A stretch of DNA of 64,000 nucleotides from an uncultured virus (IMG/VR IMGVR_UViG_3300020421_000008) (IMGVR_UViG_3300020421_000008), one strand, 5' to 3'. Shown: positions 28,504 through 38,975, counted from the first letter of the stretch. Numbers and translations: made by a program. The notes: generated by a model not told the origin, from the sequence alone.

Positions 28504-30212
28504 GTAGAAGATCTTCTAGAAATAACAATTATTCTGGATTAGGTATTAATCCTAGAGGTATTTATAGGGCTACGGTTGCTTCTATAAATGGATCTTTGAT
28601 AAACGTTAAAATTCCTAGATTAGGTCTTGATAACATTTATGAAAATGTACCTGTTGTAGGACCCACGCCGTCTGTTTCTGACGATGTGTTTGTTGGTTTT
28701 ATTGAAGGAAACACTGGAAACCCTGTGGCATTCACGAGCGATGACACAAACACTGGGGACATTGAATCTGTTATTGCTGGCACAGCTTTGAGTGGTGGTG
28801 GCACTTCGGGTGATGTTACGGTTAACTTTGCCCCGTCAGAACTTTCCTCTGTAACTGTTGCTACGGATGACAAGGTTGTTATTGCAGACACAAGCGATAG
28901 CGATAACCCTAAGCATGTTACTGCTCAGTCTATTGCTAACCTTGCTTCAGCAAGTCCGGGTGGGTCAACAAGCCAAATACAGTACAACAACTCTGGCTCT
29001 TTTGCAGGCTCTGCTAACTTTACATTTGATGGAACATCTACAGTTACACTAACTGACACTGACGCTGGCTCTGCTGCTGCTCCGATTTTAGAATTATACA
29101 GAAACAGTGCTAGCGCTGCTGATGCCGACTATATAGGTCAGATAAAGTTTCAAGGTGAGAATGATAATGATCAGAAAGTTATGTATGCGAAGATAACTGG
29201 TAAGATTGATGATGCTTCGGATGGTTCTGAAGATGGTATTATTGAGATAGCCCATCAGAAAGCGGGTTCAAATAATATTTCTGCTCGTTTTACATCAGAT
29301 GCTCTAAAGCTTATAAATGGCACTGGTTTGGAAGTCGCTGGCACTATTCAAATAGATGGTGCTTTAACTGTAGGTGTTGATGACACTGGCGTAGATGTTA
29401 AGTTTTTCGGAGCGACTTCTGGGAAATACATGCTGTGGGACGAATCAGCAGACGCTTTAATTGTCAAAGACACTGTAGACGCAGTTAATTATAAAATTAA
29501 TGGCGGTCAAGGTTCTGATGGGCAAGTTCTAACTTCAACAGGAAGCGGAGTAGCATGGGAAGATCAATCTCCCCCTACAGGTGCAGTTGTCATGTGGTCT
29601 GGGTCTTCTGCTCCTACTGGCTGGCTTGAGTGTGATGGTTCAGCAGTTTCAAGAACGACGTACTCTGCTTTGTTTGCGATTATAGGTACTCGTTATGGAA
29701 CTGGCGATGGTTCTTCTACATTTAATTTGCCTAACCCTGTTGATAGGTTGGCGATGGGTATTGCTTTAAGCACCACTCCGTCTGCTACCACGTTGGCTGG
29801 TTCTTCTGCTTTAGACGCTTTAGGTTTAGGTAACCAGTCTGCTGACCATTCACATACTGGAAACACGAATGAGTATGGGAACCATAGCCATAACGCTAAT
29901 ACAGGCAATGCTGGAAGCCATGCCCACAATATGAACAGTGCCAATATTGCCCACACGCATACTTACAGCAAGAGTAACTCTGGTAGCCAAACTACCTCCA
30001 CTTCTGGCAACATGAGTACTAATGCTAACCACGGACATAATTTAGGCAACGCTGGATCGCATTCGCACAATTTTGCTACTGGGAATACTGGAGCGCATAC
30101 GCACAACGTTACTGTCGGCGATAACTCTGCGGACCATAACCACTCTTTGTCTTCGTCCACTATAAGCACCACTGTAAATGTGGAACCATTTGGTTTCATT
30201 ATTAAAACGTAA
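28500..30212 (+). CDS. Baseplate spike-like OB-fold fused to fibre repeats, tail-collar domain and HxH needle
   Basis: GIYRATV...VKIPRL...P...DDVFVGFIEG...PV; PTGAVVMWSG..APTGWL.CDG...FNLP; eight HxH motifs. Confidence 0.75.
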   Translation: MSRRSSRNNNYSGLGINPRGIYRATVASINGSLINVKIPRLGLDNIYENVPVVGPTPSVSDDVFVGFIEGNTGNPVAFTSDDTNTGDIESVIAGTALSGGGTSGDVTVNFAPSELSSVTVATDDKVVIADTSDSDNPKHVTAQSIANLASASPGGSTSQIQYNNSGSFAGSANFTFDGTSTVTLTDTDAGSAAAPILELYRNSASAADADYIGQIKFQGENDNDQKVMYAKITGKIDDASDGSEDGIIEIAHQKAGSNNISARFTSDALKLINGTGLEVAGTIQIDGALTVGVDDTGVDVKFFGATSGKYMLWDESADALIVKDTVDAVNYKINGGQGSDGQVLTSTGSGVAWEDQSPPTGAVVMWSGSSAPTGWLECDGSAVSRTTYSALFAIIGTRYGTGDGSSTFNLPNPVDRLAMGIALSTTPSATTLAGSSALDALGLGNQSADHSHTGNTNEYGNHSHNANTGNAGSHAHNMNSANIAHTHTYSKSNSGSQTTSTSGNMSTNANHGHNLGNAGSHSHNFATGNTGAHTHNVTVGDNSADHNHSLSSSTISTTVNVEPFGFIIKT

Positions 30213-30223
30213 CGGAGGAAATT

Positions 30224-30976
30224 ATGGGTACGTTCGCTGAAGAACCTCAACATCTTGGTGGTGTAGGTTATTACAATAAGTTGCCTACTAGGACTATCAC
30301 TGAAGATGGTTCTACTTGGACTATAGATAACACTAAAGGCTTTTTCGCTTTTGTACCTTTGGTCCCTGATATAGATGAAGATGAAGAACTTGGTTCAGAT
30401 GGGGAAATGCATAGACGCTGCGATTCTGGCAAGAATCAGTATGGTCCTAGAGCATTTCATGTTTGGGACGATACGGCTAAGAAATGTAATTGTGGAGCAG
30501 ATACTGCTCCACATTCTTTAACAGGTAATCACGATCTTCCTTTTAATGAATTAGAGTATTTAAGCGCAGTTTTCGGTAGCCCAGAGTGCGGTGGGTTAGT
30601 CATTTATATTGAGTCGTCTGATACCGAAGCAGAAAATAGAGTAGTTGCTGGTCGTCATTCTGCTGGAACAAGAACGATACAGGAACTCTTACGCTTAATG
30701 ATGGAATGGGAAGTTGCAGGTTCTGACTTTGATTCCACTGAACCTATGGTTGATGTTTGTAAAAACATGCTTACACGTTTAGAAATGCCAGACGATGTTA
30801 GAGAATGGATTTGGACAAACGTTCCTGCTAATAAAGTTCAGAAGTATTTGGAAGGTAAAACTGACGCTCAGGTAGCAGATGATCCTCCTGATATTTCTGG
30901 GACTATAGTTGAAGAATGGCTTCTTCCTTTAATACAAAAAACATCATTAATAGGCTTCATGCCTACAGGCTCATGA
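30224..30976 (+). CDS. Hypothetical protein (possible fibre accessory)
   Basis: GGAGG RBS; follows the fibre/spike gene. Confidence 0.65.
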   Translation: MGTFAEEPQHLGGVGYYNKLPTRTITEDGSTWTIDNTKGFFAFVPLVPDIDEDEELGSDGEMHRRCDSGKNQYGPRAFHVWDDTAKKCNCGADTAPHSLTGNHDLPFNELEYLSAVFGSPECGGLVIYIESSDTEAENRVVAGRHSAGTRTIQELLRLMMEWEVAGSDFDSTEPMVDVCKNMLTRLEMPDDVREWIWTNVPANKVQKYLEGKTDAQVADDPPDISGTIVEEWLLPLIQKTSLIGFMPTGS

Positions 30977-31593
30977 ATATAGATTTCCCGCTAGGCAAGT
31001 GGGCAGGCGTAGGTGTTTGCGATGGGTTCGTTGATCCTGATATTTGCGGCAAAGTTGATGCTACATTGACTGAGCATTGGGATGTCTTGTGGGATTCCAA
31101 TGTTTTGTCAGAAGGTAAATCCATGCTAGGAGTTGATACCAGAATAAAAAATTCTTCAGATATGGCATTATCTTCAGAAATGGGCGAAGGTTTATACAGT
31201 TTGGGATGGTTCGAGGATGAACTTCACAAAAGTATTAGCAAAGCGCTTAACTACTATGTCAGTAAATATGACGGTTTGGCTCAGTTGGCATGGCCTCTGC
31301 GTGATACAGGATTCCAAGTTCAACGCTATGAAGAAGGTCACGGTTTTTATGCAGAGCATGTAGATGGCGGGCCTTTTAATTCAACAAAGGATCGTTTTTT
31401 AGCGGTTCTTTTGTATTTGAATGATGTAGAAGTTGGTGGCGAAACAACGTTCACTAAGCATGGGTTAAGTGTTGAACCGAAGGCTGGAAGAGTTTTAATT
31501 TTCCCTGTCCATTGGCTGTATCCGCATAGAGGAGAAATTCCTTTGAGTGGTCATAAAACAATTATTACAACTTTTATAGAACAAGAAACATAG
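30973..31593 (+). CDS. 2OG-Fe(II) oxygenase (prolyl-4-hydroxylase-like)
   Basis: QVQRY...FY.EHVD, LYLNDVE.GGET.F, FP....YPH.G....G.K. Confidence 0.88.
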   Translation: MNIDFPLGKWAGVGVCDGFVDPDICGKVDATLTEHWDVLWDSNVLSEGKSMLGVDTRIKNSSDMALSSEMGEGLYSLGWFEDELHKSISKALNYYVSKYDGLAQLAWPLRDTGFQVQRYEEGHGFYAEHVDGGPFNSTKDRFLAVLLYLNDVEVGGETTFTKHGLSVEPKAGRVLIFPVHWLYPHRGEIPLSGHKTIITTFIEQET

Positions 31594-31603
31594 AGGGGGC
31601 TTA

Positions 31604-31678
31604 ATGAAAGAATGTGAGTGTGAAGCTTGTGTGTGTACCCAAGACTGCAACTGTGGATGTTGTTGCTGGGAAGAGTAA
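31604..31678 (+). CDS. 24-aa Cys-rich metallothionein-like peptide
   Basis: MKECECEACVCTQDCNCGCCCWEE (9 Cys); GAGGGGG RBS; not in the ORF track. Confidence 0.65.
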   Translation: MKECECEACVCTQDCNCGCCCWEE

Positions 31679-31713
31679 TTGATTTAGTGTATTTATGATG
31701 GTATCATAGATAC

Positions 31714-32100
31714 ATGACTCGTAAACAAAACACAGTAAAAAGAGTAGTCCTTGCCGAAGGCTTTGCGTTGCCAGTTGAGGAAAAGCATTTCGATCAACTA
31801 ATCACAACAGCATCGAAACCAGTTGTAGTGGACTTTTGGGCATCGTGGTGTGGTCCATGTGACATGCAGGCCCCCATTCTTGATGACTTTGCCGCTAAAT
31901 ATGCTGATGAAGTTCAGGTTATTAAAGTTGAAGTTGATAAAGCACCACTCCTACAAGAGCGCTTTGATATCGTAAACATACCAACAATGTTAGTTTTTGT
32001 TGATGGTAAAGAACAAGAACGCTTAGTTGGTGCTAGATCTTTGGACAACCTAGAAAAAGATCTTGCATCTTTTACAGAGGTTAAAACAAAGGAAGCATAA
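31714..32100 (+). CDS. trxA: Thioredoxin
   Basis: VVDFWASWCGPC, IPT.LVF.DG. Confidence 0.93.
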   Translation: MTRKQNTVKRVVLAEGFALPVEEKHFDQLITTASKPVVVDFWASWCGPCDMQAPILDDFAAKYADEVQVIKVEVDKAPLLQERFDIVNIPTMLVFVDGKEQERLVGARSLDNLEKDLASFTEVKTKEA

Positions 32101-32101
32101 A

Positions 32102-32272
32102 ATGCCAGATATGTGGGATTCTGTACCAATTGAGTCGTATGGTGAAAAACCACCATATGCTGAGATAATTAGAAAAGCTCTGAAAAAACCAAAGAAAGTT
32201 GAAGAAGTTGAAAGGGGAAAGAATGCTGAAGAAACTTCAGGGGGCATTCATAAATCACCCGAAGTCAAATAA
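32102..32272 (+). CDS. Small hypothetical protein
   Basis: ATG immediately after the thioredoxin stop; AAGGA upstream. Confidence 0.5.
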   Translation: MPDMWDSVPIESYGEKPPYAEIIRKALKKPKKVEEVERGKNAEETSGGIHKSPEVK

Positions 32273-32432
32273 TATGACCTATTTGCAACATTTTGCTTTT
32301 GCTATTAGCACCGCAGTTTTGTTGATCTGGACAGCATGTTTAGGTATTATTCATGCCATATTTCCATTTTTGTTTAAAACTGACACAAGCGACAACCTTC
32401 GTTACTTGAATACTGAAATGAGACGTAGGTAG
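32223..32432 (+). CDS. DUF6356-like small membrane protein
   Basis: F..HP....MTY.QH..FA......IHAIFPFLF...S pattern. Confidence 0.65.
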   Translation: MLKKLQGAFINHPKSNNMTYLQHFAFAISTAVLLIWTACLGIIHAIFPFLFKTDTSDNLRYLNTEMRRR

Positions 32433-32538
32433 TATGGGACTTGGGTGGCTCCTACTAATAGGGGGAATTCTCTGGTGCATCGGTGCTGGAGCAATGTTAT
32501 AGTTGACAACCATATAAATATTTAGTAGTATAGGTATT

Positions 32539-32742
32539 ATGACTGATACATCAAATAACTCAATTAATATTGACCCTAATGCCGTGATGGAGAATTTGCT
32601 TGAGCAAATTAAAACACTTACAGCGGAAAACGCCACTCTTCGGGCGGCTCTAAATCAAGCTATTACTGAGGCGCAAGCCCTAGCAAATGCTCCAGAGCCA
32701 GTTGAAGAAGCCCCTGCGAAAGAGTCCAAAAGTAGTAAGTAA
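32539..32742 (+). CDS. Small coiled-coil protein (leaderless)
   Basis: TTGACA-17-TAGTAT, 7 nt, ATG; LLEQIKTLTAENATLRAAL. Confidence 0.7.
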   Translation: MTDTSNNSINIDPNAVMENLLEQIKTLTAENATLRAALNQAITEAQALANAPEPVEEAPAKESKSSK

Positions 32743-32776
32743 TTAGGTATAATATAACTACCAAGGAGGTTTAGTT

Positions 32777-33121
32777 ATGTCTGCCGGAGCATACGATATT
32801 ACTTGTGAACAAGGCGCTACATTTAGCAGAACTTTAACAGTTAAAGACAGTAGTGGCAATGCTAGGAACTTAAGCGGTTATACTGCACGCATGCAGGTAA
32901 GACGCTTAGTTTCGTCTTCAAGCACACTTATTGAGCTTACTACTACTAATGGGCGTATTTCCTTGAACAGTAGTGGGGAGATTGCTTTGTCGATTTCCGC
33001 CTCAGATACTGCATCGCTAGCAGAGAGTGGCGTGTACGATTTGGAAATAATTGCTTCTGATGGAACAGTTGAAAGAGTAGTTGAAGGAAACTTTTACCTA
33101 GATTTAGAGGTTACACGATAA
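32777..33121 (+). CDS. Ig-like virion/baseplate adaptor protein (paralog of 41937..42278)
   Basis: QGATF...NLSGYTARMQVR....LIELT..NGRI...YDLE..V.R.V.G.F; AAGGAGG RBS. Confidence 0.7.
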   Translation: MSAGAYDITCEQGATFSRTLTVKDSSGNARNLSGYTARMQVRRLVSSSSTLIELTTTNGRISLNSSGEIALSISASDTASLAESGVYDLEIIASDGTVERVVEGNFYLDLEVTR

Positions 33122-33315
33122 TGTTTGAAGCAGACGATGGGCTAATTGCAGATACGACTTGGACACATGCAGTTGAGTTACAAAAAGAAATAATATACCT
33201 AAAAGCAAAACTTTTTGTTGCCGAGCAAGTTGTCGCAACGCTTTCTGCCCAGATTGAAGAACTTTCTAACCCTCCAGCCGATGAGGAAGAAACCACGCCC
33301 ACTAAGAAAAAATGA
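33121..33315 (+). CDS. Hypothetical protein
   Basis: TAATG coupling. Confidence 0.6.
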   Translation: MFEADDGLIADTTWTHAVELQKEIIYLKAKLFVAEQVVATLSAQIEELSNPPADEEETTPTKKK

Positions 33316-33650
33316 TTAAAGAACTTTCTTGGAATGTTGATGGGCATCGGATACTTATCAACGTTAATAACACAGAAATAGACGTAACTCCAAACATTTG
33401 CCCATATGGAGCATCAGAAGATGCCCCATGTTACCATGAAGGCATACAGTCCTGTGTAGTTAATTATTTTGTAAACACCTATGGATTAGAGGTAAACACA
33501 GGAGTTGCACCTGCCCAACCCTCACTGGAAATTGCATGGGCAATGTCTGGAAGTAAATGGGAAGTTGACTTAGTTGATCTTAAGGTAATACCTGTAGATG
33601 ACCCAAATTTTAATGAATGGTATAAATCTATAACAGATGAAACTTCCTAG
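33312..33650 (+). CDS. Hypothetical protein
   Basis: ATGA coupling. Confidence 0.6.
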   Translation: MIKELSWNVDGHRILINVNNTEIDVTPNICPYGASEDAPCYHEGIQSCVVNYFVNTYGLEVNTGVAPAQPSLEIAWAMSGSKWEVDLVDLKVIPVDDPNFNEWYKSITDETS

Positions 33651-33712
33651 TAGTGGTAGTACCCCCTGAAATTTAGGTAGAATGTATATGTAGGTATTTT
33701 TTGGAGAATCTA

Positions 33713-34018
33713 ATGGCTGAGTATGTTCTTTCATATCCATTTAGGATGAGCAACAACAATAGAAGAGCAGATGTGGTGCTGACTGGTACAGACACGTACA
33801 AAGCACAACAAGTTAAAGCTTTTGTTCGAACAGAAACTACCGAACGTAGTATATTTCCAAATTTTGGCATTGAAGAGCCAACTTTTAATACTTTTGACTC
33901 TGGTCAGTTTTACGATTCATTTAGTGACTTTTACACTACGGATAATATCGATATTGTGGAAATTGGGCTTGTGCAGTCAGAAGGCGCATTAACCAATGTA
34001 GAGATTAATTTTAAGTGA
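33713..34018 (+). CDS. Baseplate wedge protein, gp25/gpW-like
   Basis: LSYPFR, T...ER...P.FGI.EP.F; precedes the baseplate J gene. Confidence 0.7.
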   Translation: MAEYVLSYPFRMSNNNRRADVVLTGTDTYKAQQVKAFVRTETTERSIFPNFGIEEPTFNTFDSGQFYDSFSDFYTTDNIDIVEIGLVQSEGALTNVEINFK

Positions 34019-34025
34019 GGGTATA

Positions 34026-35630
34026 ATGTCTTCTCCTGATGTTTCAAAATATGTAGACTTAACAGTTTTTGATGATAATCCAGTTACCGTACTAAACAGC
34101 ATTCTTACTTCTGCTAGAGGTTTGTTACCAAATTGGATGCCAGAAGTTGGTCAGATTGAGGTTGCACTGGCAGAATCCTTTGCTACAAGATCATCAGAGT
34201 TGGCTGGTGGAATAAACAGGCTTCCTTCAGCAACTGCTGAAGTGCTTTTACAACTTTTTGGCCTTACAAGGAGCAGTGGTACTAAAGCGACTGCAACCTT
34301 AACAATTACATTTGCTGACTCCGATACGGTGGCTAGGTCACTTCCTGCTGGTACAAGATTTTTGTACACAGACACGGCGACTAGCACTTCGTATGTATTT
34401 GTTTTAGATTCAGCCTTTAGTCTTGACGGCTCATTGTCTGGAACAGCAACTGTTAGCGCACAAGCGGTGGGATCGACTTATAATATTTCAGCCGACACAG
34501 CAAGTTTGTCGCTTCTTACTCCTTCGTCTTTTTTCTCTTCTGCTACCTTCAGCATAAGTCCTTCTGGTGGTACAGACGCTGAATCAGATGAAAGGTATTT
34601 TGCTAGAGCCATTAACCTTTTAGCAAGTTACACATCTGCTTCAACAAGCACATCTCAGATAAAGTATTATATTTCTGCTAACAAATCGTATGCAAATAGG
34701 GTTGAAGTTTTCAATCGCAGGAGATATCGAGATCGAAACACTTTAGCAACCTCCTACTCCACCCACGATGGTAGCGTTTTAGTTGCCGTGGCTGGCACTA
34801 TAAACACGCCTGCATCTGCAGCGCTCGAACTACCTGTTGCAAATTCAAATCTATCTGATCTTTACACTTCGCTATCCGCTAGGGTTCCTAGTGGCTTGTC
34901 GGTTGATGTTATGTCAGCAGAACTGGCGTCAATTAATATAACATCTTCTGTTGTTATGAAATCAGGTGAAACTGCGTCAACAGTTAAAACAAACATTGAA
35001 ACAGCATTGAAAGCATACTTAAATGCTAATACTTGGGATTGGTCACAGCAGTATGTTAGAAGAAATGAAATAATATCTGTTATTGACTCTGTTTCTGGGG
35101 TTGACTATGTAGACACGTTAACAATGGACGGAACCCCACTAGTAGGAACAAGCAATGTTGGATACTTATCAACAACTGGATCAAACTCAAGTTTTACTGT
35201 AAATGTTGCTAATGCTGCAAGTTCTGGCAGTTATGCTGCTGGGGAAGCTTCAATTTACTATGTTGACTCTTCAAGTTCAACCGCAGTCCCAACTGTGTAT
35301 CAATTCTCTAATGAGGCATTTACACTGAGTGGTGGGGCTAAAACTGGCGTAACATACACGGCTGTTGATAATGGAATAGCTTACAATGACGCCAACAACG
35401 GTGGAAACATTCCAGCAAGTACAACAGCATGGACGCCTGTTGCCGGAGATTGGGCTGGTTCCACCCACGCAAACGTCACGTTTGCTTCAACAAGTGCGAT
35501 AACTGGAGGAAGTTCTAGCGCCAATCAGTTTGTTGCCTTAAGTGGTTCTGGGGCTGTGAGCACAGATATTGTTTTACCCAATTTAGGAACTTTAGTTACT
35601 GCTGGAACTCTAACTATCACAGTGTCGTAG
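34026..35630 (+). CDS. Baseplate J-like wedge protein
   Basis: LLQLFGLTR..GT.A...LT.T, A..VG..YN, GGTDAESDE.Y..R, I.SV.GVDYV. Confidence 0.85.
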   Translation: MSSPDVSKYVDLTVFDDNPVTVLNSILTSARGLLPNWMPEVGQIEVALAESFATRSSELAGGINRLPSATAEVLLQLFGLTRSSGTKATATLTITFADSDTVARSLPAGTRFLYTDTATSTSYVFVLDSAFSLDGSLSGTATVSAQAVGSTYNISADTASLSLLTPSSFFSSATFSISPSGGTDAESDERYFARAINLLASYTSASTSTSQIKYYISANKSYANRVEVFNRRRYRDRNTLATSYSTHDGSVLVAVAGTINTPASAALELPVANSNLSDLYTSLSARVPSGLSVDVMSAELASINITSSVVMKSGETASTVKTNIETALKAYLNANTWDWSQQYVRRNEIISVIDSVSGVDYVDTLTMDGTPLVGTSNVGYLSTTGSNSSFTVNVANAASSGSYAAGEASIYYVDSSSSTAVPTVYQFSNEAFTLSGGAKTGVTYTAVDNGIAYNDANNGGNIPASTTAWTPVAGDWAGSTHANVTFASTSAITGGSSSANQFVALSGSGAVSTDIVLPNLGTLVTAGTLTITVS

Positions 35631-35645
35631 GATTAGGAGCGTAAC

Positions 35646-38600
35646 GTGTCAGTTCGAGATGTTAATCTTTTTTCTGCAAATCAAGCTAATTTTGGTGCTG
35701 AGGGCGGAACGAATCTTTCTGGTTGGGAATTAGTTTCTTCTCCAACTGGTGCTATAGTTCGAGTAGACGATACTTGGTTTTATAATAAATACAATCCAAA
35801 TACTAACGACTTTCCAGGTCGTATAATGGCTTGGATTTCTAACGGAACTAACGATATTACTATTAAATCTGATTGGATACCCATTGAAAGTTCTCAACGT
35901 TACATGGCTTCCCTTTTCTACTTTCAAGGAAAGGGAGATGCTGATGTTACGCTAGACATGGAGTTCAATAGCACAAACAGTGGGACTGGTGATACATACG
36001 CTACAGATTCTTCTTTGTCTGCACCTACAACAATTACTTTTGCAACAGAAACAACTGTTTCTAGGCTTTTTAAAGATTTTACTGCTAGAGCGTCTGATAA
36101 GTATGTTAGAATGGTTTTTAAAATATCCGGTGGATCTGGGGGAAACTTAGCAAGTGAAGACGGTGGATTTTTCTATGATCCCGTTATCTGCGAAGACTCT
36201 TTAAATAAGATAGGTAGAATTTCTCATCGAGCATACACGGGCCTTCCGGCTTTCATGCGATTAGATGACGAAAAAATACATAACATACTTGGACAAGATC
36301 AACTCAATTTACCACTACGAAGGTATTTAGAGTCACTTGCATCATACGCTGACAAAATCGCTGACGAAGCAGCCCAGTTTGATTACACTAGACCCGAAGA
36401 AGGGACTGAAATCAAATCAAAACTTACAGATCCTGACACCGCTGCTGCTTCTTATTTGGCATGGTTGGCTTCAGTGACGGCAACAACTCTGCTAGTTTCG
36501 AGTTCAGGCTTTACCCCATGGAGTGCTATAGAGTCCTATGACGGTGGTGACGCAGGAAGCGATCCAGGTGAGTGGACCGACATTGAGTCTTTTTCTGATT
36601 GGCTTGCACTTCAGGCCGCTGATCCAGACTTTTTCGATACGGTTCAGTCTTTCAGGGATCAGATTCGTACTGGGTTTACAGGAATACACGCTGGAAGACC
36701 AGACACCGTTGAGGCTTTTGTTAGAACAATGCTTGCAAGCGCTACGCCCTCAACAGATGCAGTTAATGTAAACAATAATGATAAAGAGAATCCGTTTTTA
36801 GTTGAAGTTCTTGTTGACCCCGATTCGGACCCTGATGCTTCAGGTTCTCTTGTTGTTGACGCTGTGAACCATGGTCTTTCTGCTGGAGCGTTTGCTACAA
36901 AGGTGGGGCAAGTTATAGATAGCGGTAATGGCACATATAGTTTTACAGATGTTTTTTATCCAGCTACTGTTTCGAACAGTGGCGGTGGAGGTGTCGTTAC
37001 GTATGGACCTAGTTTGATTGCTGATAAAGATGGGTTTGCTAGAAATATTTTATTAAACTCTTCTGTGTCAGTACCATTAACTGAAGTTGGTGGTGGGGTT
37101 GGATACGCTCATCATTCAACTGGTTCAGAGTATTATTTTGGCAAAAAGACGGCTACAACTTTTGGAAGTTTAACAACGGCTTCTACAACTTATGCGGACA
37201 TAGGCGGAAATACTGCTGGGTTCGATTTGGTTGCGATTTTGACTGATGTTACTGCTCCTACAGCAAGTGTGGATAGTGCAGGAAGCGGAGGAAACACTCC
37301 ATCGGACTGGCTCTATAGAGAAAAGCGCTTAATTGCTTGTGGTGTGGATAGTGATAGTCAAGGCGATAATGACTGGGCACTATATTTAGTGTCTGGTGCT
37401 ACAGCAGCAATTGATAATGATACAAGAATGCTACTTGTTGAAGGGTATAACGCTGTTGGGGCGACTAACTATGCCGCTTCTGATCCTATTGATTTTTCTA
37501 CAGTAGGAAACAAGGGAGATATAGTTTTAAGAGTAAAGCGTGGTGCCGTTAGCGGAACTGCTTCAGTTACGTTTTATGCCCAATCATCTTTATATGATGA
37601 CTGGGAGGGAAACAAGATCGGCACAGCAACAATTACTCCTGCCTCATCTTCTGCGGGCAACGCCCATGCACGCTTACAAGTTTTAGGAAAACTAGATGCT
37701 TCAGACAATTGGGCAGATGCTAACCCACTTTCTTGTGGGGTAAAAAGGTTTATGATCTTTAAAACTCCGCTAACATTTACTGGCGATAGTGACACTTCGA
37801 CGAATAATCATGCTTACATTGACGGGGACGCAACAAAAACTTACGGAAAGTTTACGTATTCCCCAAGTGTTGATGTTGACTTAAGCGGTGTATCGGTATA
37901 CAGTACAAGTTTTAATGCTAGCCTTCCAGACAGCGCAACATCTACGGTGACAGTTGATGTTGATGGCGCAGCTGCTGGAGATAAAGATTTTGATGTTCTT
38001 GCTATGCGGAGAATTGGTGGGACCACAGACACATGGTACTTTGGGCACGCTGCTTCAGGTGGAGACACGCTAACAATAAATGGTTTAAGCAACTCAACAG
38101 CATACGATGTTGTAACACGAGTTGTAAACACAACAACAGGTGGGGCAACAAACAAAGTAAACTCCGTAACCACAAATGGTTCGGGTGTTTTAACATTAAC
38201 CCCTGCTACCGTTTATGAGGCGTCAACTTCTAACACCTTTAGTGGATTAACTTTAAATCAAATAACTATTCAAGCAAACGGAACAGGACCTTCTGGAACA
38301 AACCTTGCTAAGTTTTTACCCACAACAATTGGGACTGGTGCAACAACAGGGGCAGACTCCGTTGATGCAAGTCACACGTGGACGCTAACAAGAAACTTTC
38401 CTGCATCGTCAGTTGCATATGCTCCTAGTCAGTTGATAAACAAAGAGTCGATTCATGCGTATGAGGGAACGCTCACTATGTATAACCCTCCTGAACTTGA
38501 GGCGTATCACCCGTTTTCTGTAGCGATGCAAGTTAGGCGTTTTTGGACGGCTTCTGCTGGCACAGACTACACAATATTTAAATTATTAAATGCCGCAAAT

Positions 38601-38948
38601 CAGGGATTACATATCTATTATGATGGTCCTGCAATAAAAGCCACATTTACAGATGGCACAGACACTGAGACTGTGACTTGGACTGAATCCCCAACATACG
38701 GATCATGGCATGAGGTTGTTGTGCGCAGAGATCCAACTATTGGTTTTAGTTTAGTTATTAATGGAACTGAACAGTCTACTGTTGCAGCAGCTATAACGAA
38801 AACTTTTTCTTCTGCTACATCTTTGGCTTCTTTTGGGGAAGGTGCAGCGGGAGCATGGAATGCACGGTTTGGTTTAGCACAGTTTGCTTACTTCAACAGA
38901 AGGCTGTCTGATGCAGAAATTACACTAATGAATTCACAAATAACCTAG
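35646..38948 (+). CDS. Large baseplate/tail protein (gpI-like segment, C-terminal LamG/ConA-like domain)
   Basis: DPDTA...YLAWLA; WHEVVV.R...LVING...FNRRLSDAEI; follows the J gene. Confidence 0.65.
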   Translation: MSVRDVNLFSANQANFGAEGGTNLSGWELVSSPTGAIVRVDDTWFYNKYNPNTNDFPGRIMAWISNGTNDITIKSDWIPIESSQRYMASLFYFQGKGDADVTLDMEFNSTNSGTGDTYATDSSLSAPTTITFATETTVSRLFKDFTARASDKYVRMVFKISGGSGGNLASEDGGFFYDPVICEDSLNKIGRISHRAYTGLPAFMRLDDEKIHNILGQDQLNLPLRRYLESLASYADKIADEAAQFDYTRPEEGTEIKSKLTDPDTAAASYLAWLASVTATTLLVSSSGFTPWSAIESYDGGDAGSDPGEWTDIESFSDWLALQAADPDFFDTVQSFRDQIRTGFTGIHAGRPDTVEAFVRTMLASATPSTDAVNVNNNDKENPFLVEVLVDPDSDPDASGSLVVDAVNHGLSAGAFATKVGQVIDSGNGTYSFTDVFYPATVSNSGGGGVVTYGPSLIADKDGFARNILLNSSVSVPLTEVGGGVGYAHHSTGSEYYFGKKTATTFGSLTTASTTYADIGGNTAGFDLVAILTDVTAPTASVDSAGSGGNTPSDWLYREKRLIACGVDSDSQGDNDWALYLVSGATAAIDNDTRMLLVEGYNAVGATNYAASDPIDFSTVGNKGDIVLRVKRGAVSGTASVTFYAQSSLYDDWEGNKIGTATITPASSSAGNAHARLQVLGKLDASDNWADANPLSCGVKRFMIFKTPLTFTGDSDTSTNNHAYIDGDATKTYGKFTYSPSVDVDLSGVSVYSTSFNASLPDSATSTVTVDVDGAAAGDKDFDVLAMRRIGGTTDTWYFGHAASGGDTLTINGLSNSTAYDVVTRVVNTTTGGATNKVNSVTTNGSGVLTLTPATVYEASTSNTFSGLTLNQITIQANGTGPSGTNLAKFLPTTIGTGATTGADSVDASHTWTLTRNFPASSVAYAPSQLINKESIHAYEGTLTMYNPPELEAYHPFSVAMQVRRFWTASAGTDYTIFKLLNAANQGLHIYYDGPAIKATFTDGTDTETVTWTESPTYGSWHEVVVRRDPTIGFSLVINGTEQSTVAAAITKTFSSATSLASFGEGAAGAWNARFGLAQFAYFNRRLSDAEITLMNSQIT

Positions 38949-38975
38949 TACAATAAGCCATAGGAAAGGATTATC

